Assembly (NCBI GenBank): GCA_045132775.1
Contig: JBGUSX010000116.1
Coordinates: 24,476-88,475, forward strand
Source: Eubacteriales bacterium
GTDB lineage: Bacteria; Bacillota; Clostridia; Oscillospirales; CAG-272
Direction of reading: 5' to 3'
Length of the DNA stretch: 64,000 nt
Part shown: in pieces, positions 56,958 through 64,000 of the stretch
Layout of the letters: each line of letters starts with the position of its first letter
How positions within the stretch are numbered: the stretch's first letter is position 1
Translations under genes and position numbers: made by a program
Notes under the pieces: generated by a model
The model's input: only the letters and a program-made list of their open reading frames with translations
Databases searched by the model: none
Told to the model about the DNA's origin: nothing

Positions 56958-57794
56958 TTATTTTCTATAGATATTTATTTCGAATTCGATTTTGGTCTCA
57001 AGCCGATCGAGCCCCTTTAACTTTTCCTTATCCTGCTCGCTCGTGCGCCAGTAATACGGTGTCATTGAAAAGAGCGCGGCAATGTCCTCTTTTCCCTCCA
57101 CGACTATATCGTGGCTTGATACTATTTTTTCGACATGCTCCATACTTTCGGGCATATCCGCGCGTTCGCCGTTTTCATACACGTCTCTGTATATCGCGCG
57201 TTTGAGTCCCATAAGATGATCCTTGCCCGCACCGACAACGAAAAGATATCCTCCGTCGCGCAAAACGCGTTTGTACTCGCTCTCCGCGCAGGGTGCAAAG
57301 ATATTTACTACCGCGTCCGCCGCTCCGTCCTTTACGGGAAGTGAGAAAACGCTTGCGGTTGAATACAAAAGATTATCCCATCCCTCACGCTTGGCTCTTT
57401 TTGCCGCCGCACCGCATGCGAATTTGGAGAGATCGAAGCCGATAACTCCACCCACGCTCTTTGCGATAAGCGAGGTGTAATATCCCTCTCCGCATCCTGC
57501 GTCTATGACGGTGGCATCTGTGCTCACATATTTCGAGATGGCATCCGCGACAGCGTTCGCCACGGGAGCGTAATAGCCCTTATCAAGAAAATTCCTTCTT
57601 GCGTCTACCGCACCCTTTGAATCTCCTCCTCCGCTGCTTTGCGGAAGACTGAGATAGCCGTCCTTTGAAAAATCAAAGCAATGACGGCGCGCACCGTTAC
57701 ACACGGCACTTCTCATATCCTGTGTGATCTCAAGCTCTCTACCACATACGGAGCATTTCATTATTCTGTTTACAAGCTCTGCATGTGTCGTCAA
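56958..57794 (-). CDS. rlmA: 23S rRNA m1G methyltransferase RlmA-like
   Basis: CxxC..C...H.FD..K.GY zinc finger, DAGCGEGYY, LF.MTPYYW. Confidence 0.88.
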   Translation of the reverse strand: MTTHAELVNRIMKCSVCGRELEITQDMRSAVCNGARRHCFDFSKDGYLSLPQSSGGGDSKGAVDARRNFLDKGYYAPVANAVADAISKYVSTDATVIDAGCGEGYYTSLIAKSVGGVIGFDLSKFACGAAAKRAKREGWDNLLYSTASVFSLPVKDGAADAVVNIFAPCAESEYKRVLRDGGYLFVVGAGKDHLMGLKRAIYRDVYENGERADMPESMEHVEKIVSSHDIVVEGKEDIAALFSMTPYYWRTSEQDKEKLKGLDRLETKIEFEINIYRK

Positions 57795-57876
57795 AATCTC
57801 ATCTCCAAAACTAAAACTGTGATACTCTTTATATTGTAATACTTTTCCGTTAAAATTTCAACGGTTTTCAGAAAAT

Positions 57877-59370
57877 TTATTTTTCTTTTTTCTCAATGTC
57901 CTCAAATTCGTCAACTGCACGGAAGGTCTCAAGCTCAAACCAGAAATTCGAGCCCTCTCCCACCTTGCTCTCAACTCCGTAAGAGGCTCCGTGTGATTCA
58001 AGTATTCCCTTGACTATCGAAAGTCCGAGTCCCGTTCCGATCATCGCTCTCTTATGGACCTTATCGACCTTATAATATCTGTCCCAGATATACGGAATAT
58101 CCTCGGGGGCTATACCTTTTCCCGTATCCATGACCGATATTCTGACTCTGTTATCCCAGACCGACTGGTCTATGCTTACCCTCTTATCCTCGCCTGTATA
58201 ATTGAGCGCGTTGTTGACAAGATTGTACACTACCTGCAATATCATCGTTCTGTCCGCTGTAACGTACACGTTCTCGTCAGCAATGAAGTTTATCGAATAG
58301 TTATCCTTTTCGGTCAGCTTCTCATATCTTGTGAGCACCGCACGGACGGTTTCTGTGAGATCGAAGGTCTCAGGCTCGGGCTTTCTCGTTCCCGCACGGA
58401 TCTTGGAAAGGTCGAGCACGTCGTTTACAAGCTCGGTAAGTCTCTCGGTCTCATCGATTATCACCTGAACGTTCTCGGGGTTATTTTCTCCCGGAATGTC
58501 TCTCATTACCTCGCTGTATCCCTTTATCATTGTCAAGGGCGTGCGAAGATCGTGAGATATGTTTGCGACAAGCTCTTTTTGAAGATTATCCGTCTTTGCA
58601 AGCTCCTCGGATGCGTAGTTGAGTGCTTCTGCAAGCTCCTCCGCCTCTCTGTATCCGCCTCCGATGAATTTCTCATTATAGTCTCCCTTTGCAAGCTTTC
58701 TTGCAGATCTGCTCATTTTCTCAAGCGGTGAGCAGATAACTCTTGATATTGCAAGCGCAATTATCAACGCTCCCATTATCAGCATGCACATTATCCATCC
58801 GAACTGCATCTCAAGCGTACGGACGGTGGCATCCAAGGGTACTATTTCAGAGTCCATCATAAGCACGTATTCGTTCCCCTTGCCGTCGCTTCTCACCGAA
58901 ACATATACGGCATTATGCGCCGATTCAGTGTCAGAGGGTTTATGGAGCTTTTTTGAGTACACTCCCCCGTTTTTTACCGCCTGGGAGTACAGTCTCGAAA
59001 GCCCCTCTCCGCTCATACTGTGAAGTATGCAACCCTTATTCACTTCGGAATCCACCATCTCGACTGCGGTTCCGTCTACTATCTTGAAAAGACGCATACA
59101 GCTGTCCGTCTTTGAGGAATGAGCATATACTGCCTCGGTCATATCCGCTGCGCTCTCTATATGCTCGTAAACGGCTTTCTCGTTCTCAACGAATTCGTCG
59201 AGCTTGTATTTTTCATAAAAGCGGTTGAGCAGTGCTACTTGAAACACCCAGATTATCAAGAGCGCCAAGACGACGAAAATGGTCAATGCTCCGAATAATC
59301 TCCAGGATATTCCCGAGGTGCGACGGGTCCCTCTGTTACGCTGTCTTCTATCAACTGTCCTGTTTTCCAT
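57877..59370 (-). CDS. HAMP-domain sensor histidine kinase
   Basis: Two TMs, ANISHDLRTPL, NL.NNA..Y, DTGKGI, GTGLGLSIV. Confidence 0.95.
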   Translation of the reverse strand: MENRTVDRRQRNRGTRRTSGISWRLFGALTIFVVLALLIIWVFQVALLNRFYEKYKLDEFVENEKAVYEHIESAADMTEAVYAHSSKTDSCMRLFKIVDGTAVEMVDSEVNKGCILHSMSGEGLSRLYSQAVKNGGVYSKKLHKPSDTESAHNAVYVSVRSDGKGNEYVLMMDSEIVPLDATVRTLEMQFGWIMCMLIMGALIIALAISRVICSPLEKMSRSARKLAKGDYNEKFIGGGYREAEELAEALNYASEELAKTDNLQKELVANISHDLRTPLTMIKGYSEVMRDIPGENNPENVQVIIDETERLTELVNDVLDLSKIRAGTRKPEPETFDLTETVRAVLTRYEKLTEKDNYSINFIADENVYVTADRTMILQVVYNLVNNALNYTGEDKRVSIDQSVWDNRVRISVMDTGKGIAPEDIPYIWDRYYKVDKVHKRAMIGTGLGLSIVKGILESHGASYGVESKVGEGSNFWFELETFRAVDEFEDIEKKEK

Positions 59371-59378
59371 GTCTTATA

Positions 59379-60080
59379 TTACACATCGCCCTCAAAGCGA
59401 TATCCGACTCCTCTGAGCGTTACGATGTATTTACTGTACTCGCCAAGGCTCTTGCGTAAAAGCTTTATGTGGGTATCAAGCGTTCTTGCATCTCCGTAAA
59501 AGTCATATCCCCAGACCTCGCTTATAAGCTTTTCTCTTGAAAGCGCAATGTTTCTGTTATCTAGCATATAGAAGAAAAGGTCATATTCCTTGGGAGACAT
59601 ATCAACTCGCTCGCCGTTAATGTACACGATGCGTGCGGTAAGGTCCGCCTTGAGTCCTCCTCCGTCGAGCTCGACTATCACGTTCTGCTTCTTGGGCTCG
59701 TCGTTGACTCTTGCTCTGACTCTGCTTCTCTTCATTATCGCGTCTATACGAAGCATAAGCTCCTTTGCGGAGAAGGGCTTTACAACGTAATCGTCTATGC
59801 CCGTCTCAAAGCCGTTTATCTTATCGTATTCCTCGCCCCTTGCTGAAAGCATTATTATGGGTGTGTCGGACACCTTGCGTATCTCTCTGCAGGCGGAAAA
59901 ACCGTCAAGCTCGGGCATCATTATATCCATTATTATTATATCGTAGCTCTCCTTGCGGCAGAGTCTTACCGCTTCCATTCCGTCTCCCGCTTCTGTGACG
60001 GTATGGCCTTCAAATTCCGCGTATTTCTTTATTATTGAGCGTATTCTCGCTTCATCGTCAACTACAAGTATATGGTACAT
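59379..60080 (-). CDS. OmpR/PhoB family response regulator
   Basis: VVDDE, DIMMP, DDYVVKPF, winged helix RTLDTHIK.LR..L, RGVGY. Confidence 0.96.
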   Translation of the reverse strand: MYHILVVDDEARIRSIIKKYAEFEGHTVTEAGDGMEAVRLCRKESYDIIIMDIMMPELDGFSACREIRKVSDTPIIMLSARGEEYDKINGFETGIDDYVVKPFSAKELMLRIDAIMKRSRVRARVNDEPKKQNVIVELDGGGLKADLTARIVYINGERVDMSPKEYDLFFYMLDNRNIALSREKLISEVWGYDFYGDARTLDTHIKLLRKSLGEYSKYIVTLRGVGYRFEGDV

Positions 60081-60094
60081 CTCATTCTCCTTTA

Positions 60095-61264
60095 TCAGTC
60101 AAAAATTACACTCTCGGGCACCTGCTCGGTAAGTGTGAGCGACACCTCGGACTCTTTTCCGTCACGGCTGATCTTCACGGTAACGGTATCGCCAACGCTG
60201 TAGCTCTTCAAAAGCAGCGTGATGTCGTCCGAGGTTTCGATCTCGGTTCCGTCTATCGAAACTATCTTGTCTCCGAGCTTGAGCTCGTCTGTGTTGGCGG
60301 ATTCAAGAACCACAACGCCTATCGTACTGATGCCGTATCTCTGATAGACGATGTATCTGTTCTGCGCGGTAACGTCAAGGACTGTAAGTCCACTGCTCAC
60401 GACTCCGCGAACGTATCCGTATTTTACGAGGTCGTCAATTACCGTGTATGCTACGTCTATTGGAATAGCAAACCCAAGCCCCTCGATTCCCGTTTGAGAT
60501 ATTTTCGCGTTAACGACTCCGATAAGCTGTCCCGCCATATTGAAAAGTCCGCCGCCCGAGTTTCCCGGATTGATCGCGGCATTGGTCTGCAGAAGCACCA
60601 TTTCGTTTCCGTCGACCTCAATTACTCTGTCCTTTGCGCTTATTATTCCCGTAGTGAGCGTTCCTCCGAGAGACCCCAAGGGATTTCCGAGCGCGACAAC
60701 GTCCTCTCCAACCTCGAGATCGGCACTGCATCCAAGCGATGCCACGGTCAACTCTTTGCCCTGTGCATTGATCTTTATCACTGCAAGATCCGACGGAGAA
60801 TCGTATCCGATAAGGCTTGCGGCAAATTCGCTTCCGTCGGTGAGGCGGACCGTTACGGTCCTCGCTCCCTCGATAACGTGGTAGTTCGTTACAATAATTC
60901 CGCTCTTTTCAATTATTACTCCGCTTCCCGCACCCGAAGAGACGTACTGCCCCCACAGGCTCGTCTGCACGATCTCCGTCGTGATCTCGACTACTGAATC
61001 TGCAATAGCGTGGTAGACCTCGGTTACCGAGTTATACGCTTGACCCGCACTCGTCACACGGTCATCCTCGTCCTTTTGAGATTCGGGCTTTTCTATTTCA
61101 ATTCCGCTTTCTGCCTCCTCGGGCTCAAACTTCTCCCCCGAAAAGGTCACGCTTTCCTTTTCGTTATCCTTATAGCCCGTATCCGTGATGATACTGAAAT
61201 CGCATCCGACAAAAAGAAGCGATACCGCCATCACGGCGGACAACAATGCAATTTTCATTTTCAT
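60095..61264 (-). CDS. htrA: HtrA-like serine protease with PDZ domain (lipoprotein)
   Basis: Lipobox FVGC, GSGVI, TNYHV, DLAVI, QTNAAINPGNSGG, C-terminal PDZ. Confidence 0.92.
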   Translation of the reverse strand: MKMKIALLSAVMAVSLLFVGCDFSIITDTGYKDNEKESVTFSGEKFEPEEAESGIEIEKPESQKDEDDRVTSAGQAYNSVTEVYHAIADSVVEITTEIVQTSLWGQYVSSGAGSGVIIEKSGIIVTNYHVIEGARTVTVRLTDGSEFAASLIGYDSPSDLAVIKINAQGKELTVASLGCSADLEVGEDVVALGNPLGSLGGTLTTGIISAKDRVIEVDGNEMVLLQTNAAINPGNSGGGLFNMAGQLIGVVNAKISQTGIEGLGFAIPIDVAYTVIDDLVKYGYVRGVVSSGLTVLDVTAQNRYIVYQRYGISTIGVVVLESANTDELKLGDKIVSIDGTEIETSDDITLLLKSYSVGDTVTVKISRDGKESEVSLTLTEQVPESVIFD

Positions 61265-61437
61265 ATATTTCCTCCGCATAAAGCTATTATTCTTCATTGT
61301 ACATTAACATTATAATTAAATATTGTGACAAGTTAATGACGAACAAATAAAAATACGTTGAATAAATGCAGATACGTACTTGTTTTGTCAGATTTGATGT
61401 GATATAATTATATTATTGAGGAAAAGGAGGTTGAGAT

Positions 61438-62256
61438 ATGCTTGATAAGGTAAAAAAAGAACTCATACTGTACGGTATTGACCTTGTCGGTGCAATACCG
61501 CTCTCGGTATGCAAGATAACAAAGCCATACAAGCTTGAGAAAATCGGATTTGACTCCTCTCTTCCCCTTTATGCCATTATGATGGCGGTGCCATATTATA
61601 CCGCGCACGCAGAAAAAAACATCTCTTCATACTGTATTCCGCGAGATTATCACCTCTTTTTCAAGGGGCTGTTTGACAGTATTATTCCCCGTCTTTCTGA
61701 GATTTTTCCGAGCAACAGGTTTGCAGGCTTTGCCGACGATTCACCCATTTTCGAGCGCGAGGCAGCTGCCATGTCGGGTCTCGGAATTATAGGAGACAAC
61801 GGTATGCTTATAACAGAAAAATACTCTTCCTACGTTTTTCTCGGAGAGATAATCACCGATCTTCCGCTTGAGGTTGATGGAAAATATAGGATCACTCGCT
61901 GTGAGGGGTGTGGAAGATGCAAAAAGGCTTGTCCTATGAGCGAGATCGGAGAGTGTCTCTCTGCTCTGACTCAAAAAAAGGCCGAGCTCACCGATACCGA
62001 GAAAACCCACATAAAAAAATACGGCTCTGCGTGGGGCTGCGATATTTGTCAAGAGGTCTGTCCTCACACTGAAAACGCGATAAAAAACGGAACTATATAC
62101 ACAAACATCGTTTTTTTCAAGAATGAGCTTACACCGAAGATATCGAATGAGCTTATAGATAAAATGAGCGACGAGGATTTTTCCTCTCGCGCGTATTCTT
62201 GGAGAAAAAGAACGACCGTCAAGAGAAATCTTGATATTCTTGAAAAAGAAAATTAA
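61438..62256 (+). CDS. queG: Epoxyqueuosine reductase QueG-like
   Basis: RDYH, D.SP..ER..A..SGLG.IG.N, S.VFLGEI.T, CxxCxxCxxxCP, GCDICQEVCP. Confidence 0.82.
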   Translation: MLDKVKKELILYGIDLVGAIPLSVCKITKPYKLEKIGFDSSLPLYAIMMAVPYYTAHAEKNISSYCIPRDYHLFFKGLFDSIIPRLSEIFPSNRFAGFADDSPIFEREAAAMSGLGIIGDNGMLITEKYSSYVFLGEIITDLPLEVDGKYRITRCEGCGRCKKACPMSEIGECLSALTQKKAELTDTEKTHIKKYGSAWGCDICQEVCPHTENAIKNGTIYTNIVFFKNELTPKISNELIDKMSDEDFSSRAYSWRKRTTVKRNLDILEKEN

Positions 62257-62272
62257 AACAAAAGAGGTAAAT

Positions 62273-64000
62273 ATGCTCACTTTTTTGCTCGGCCGCTCGG
62301 GAAGCGGTAAGACCGACTATATCATAAAGAAAATCGGGGCCTGTGTTGCGGCGAAGGAAAAGACCTATCTTCTCGTTCCCGAGCAGCAGGTGTATCTTAG
62401 CGAATGCATGCTTGCAGATCTGCCGGCGTCATCCGCCCTTTGCTTTGAGGTCATAAGCTTTTCCCGTCTTTGCGAGATAATTTTCAGCCGTTTCGGAGGA
62501 GTTACCGAGCGTCCTGCAAGTAAGGGTGCGAGAAACCTTGTTATGTGGCAGTCCTTGCGCGAATTGAGCCCTGATCTCAAGCAGTACGGCAAGACAAGGA
62601 TCGACGCGGCTTTTACCTCAATGATGCTCAATACGATCGATGAGCTTCGTGCAAATTCCATCACCGCAGAAGCGTGCGCTTCCCTTTCGGAAAACGCCGA
62701 CGACGCCCTGCTTTCAAACAAGCTTTCCGACATCTCGGCGATATACACCTGCTTTGACGAAAATCTCAAGATAAGATTCGGTGAATCGGAATATGCCGCC
62801 GAAAACAAGCTTTCCCGTGCCGCAGAGCTTTTGCGACACAGCGATCTTTTATCGGGATGCAATATTTTCATAGATTCATTCACCAGCTTTACAGGTGAGG
62901 AGCACGCAATACTCGAGCAGATACTAAGACAGGCGAAAAACGTGTGTATTTCGCTGACGTATGAAAAAGGCTCTAGAGCTCCGCATTTCGAGACGGTTGC
63001 CGACACCTTCAAGCGTCTGAGAAGGTATGCAAAGGATCAGGGTATAGAGCATGCTGAAATCGCGCTTGAGCAAAACGCACGGACCGATAAGGGTGAGCTT
63101 TGTGCACTTGAGGAGAATCTTTGGAATTTCTCGGTTACCGACAAAAACAAGCCGATTATTGATGACTGTGCGCGCGGCAGTATAGAAATGTACTCCTGTG
63201 CAAACGAATACGAGGAGATATACCGTGCGGCACTCTCTGTATTATCAGAGCATAAGCGCGGCGTTGCTTACTCCGAGATCGCACTAATAATGCGCGATCC
63301 CGAGACGAGAAAAGGTATGATAGAGGCGATCTTCGAGAGCCTAGGCATCCCCTACTTTCTTTCCGACCGCACCGATCTTTCGCTGACGGCACCCGCAAGA
63401 CTGATCCTCTCCGCGCTTCGTTGCGTTGCACACGGCTTCAATACCGTTGACGTGATAACCCTGCTCAAAACAGGGCTTCTTGGCATTGACGACCGCGACG
63501 CAGATCTTTTTGAAGATTACTGTTACACCTGGAATATCAGCGGCAAGCAGTTCACCGATAGTGCATGGAGCATGAATCCCGACGGATACGTCACTGTTAT
63601 GAGTGCGCGAGGCGAAGAGATCCTCGAGTGCGCCAACAGAGTAAGAGCCGCGATCATTCCCCCTCTTGAAAGATTGAGATCAAGATTCTCGATGAACAAG
63701 GGCAACACGACCGAAAACTGCCGCGCCATATACGACTATCTTGACGAGATATCTCTTACAGAAAAGCTTTCCGCAAGCGCCGAGGACGCGCTTATCAGCG
63801 GTGACGTCAAGGGTGCGGGTGAGATATTGCGCCTTTACGATTACATCGTTTCTGCACTGACCGACATTTCCACGGTTCTTGGCGAAAACAAAACCAACGC
63901 AGAGGAGCTTTGTGCCGCGATGGAGATAATGCTCCGCAACACAGATATCGGCTCCGTGCCCGCGATGAATGATTGCGTCACGGTGGGCTCTGCCGCTACG
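62273..64000 (+). CDS. addB: ATP-dependent helicase/nuclease subunit B, 5' partial (runs off the window; absent from the ORF track)
   Basis: MLTFLLGRSGSGKT...LLVPEQ...V.SF.RL, IDSF.SFT.EE, GIPYF; SD GAGG. Confidence 0.9.
   Translation, partial: MLTFLLGRSGSGKTDYIIKKIGACVAAKEKTYLLVPEQQVYLSECMLADLPASSALCFEVISFSRLCEIIFSRFGGVTERPASKGARNLVMWQSLRELSPDLKQYGKTRIDAAFTSMMLNTIDELRANSITAEACASLSENADDALLSNKLSDISAIYTCFDENLKIRFGESEYAAENKLSRAAELLRHSDLLSGCNIFIDSFTSFTGEEHAILEQILRQAKNVCISLTYEKGSRAPHFETVADTFKRLRRYAKDQGIEHAEIALEQNARTDKGELCALEENLWNFSVTDKNKPIIDDCARGSIEMYSCANEYEEIYRAALSVLSEHKRGVAYSEIALIMRDPETRKGMIEAIFESLGIPYFLSDRTDLSLTAPARLILSALRCVAHGFNTVDVITLLKTGLLGIDDRDADLFEDYCYTWNISGKQFTDSAWSMNPDGYVTVMSARGEEILECANRVRAAIIPPLERLRSRFSMNKGNTTENCRAIYDYLDEISLTEKLSASAEDALISGDVKGAGEILRLYDYIVSALTDISTVLGENKTNAEELCAAMEIMLRNTDIGSVPAMNDCVTVGSAAT

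Noticed and set aside
58054-60997. Antisense ORFs 58054-58731 and 60035-60997 opposite the kinase and htrA
   Set aside because: Shadow ORFs without recognisable motifs
62365-63729. Minus-strand ORFs at the window end
   Set aside because: Antisense to the open addB frame starting at 62273

Overview
Mostly core chromosome of a spore-forming Clostridia-type Firmicute (Oscillospiraceae-like by gene content; this is inference). Housekeeping and sporulation loci: yajC, yqfC-yqfD-phoH-ybeY-era-recO, ylbJ, tRNA-Thr(GGT), T-box valS, T-box trpS, fakB-fakA, topB, SRP RNA-dnaX-ybaB-recR, polA, intact sigK, spoVAD-spoVAE, udp, htrA with a two-component system, queG, and the 5' part of addB. Three riboswitch-controlled vitamin/cofactor uptake loci are present (THF-folT-folC, preQ1-queT, TPP-thiT). 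The main accessory block is about 17.05-22.5 kb: an orphan promoter/terminator-bounded RNA element, an ECF sigma/anti-sigma pair with a duplicated candidate ECF promoter, a secreted ricin-lectin protein whose papain/C39-like C-terminal domain begins at a sharp GC drop, and low-GC envelope genes downstream. Several small non-coding elements are dispersed through the window: a two-copy three-hairpin element with a mini-ORF sitting directly before start codons, a 233-bp MITE flanked by a duplicated terminator, GTAG-type REPs (one inside the valS T-box), and a palindromic repeat fused into the spoVAD coding frame. No CRISPR array, prophage or transposase gene was seen. All calls are by eye from motifs and context; no database searches were run.
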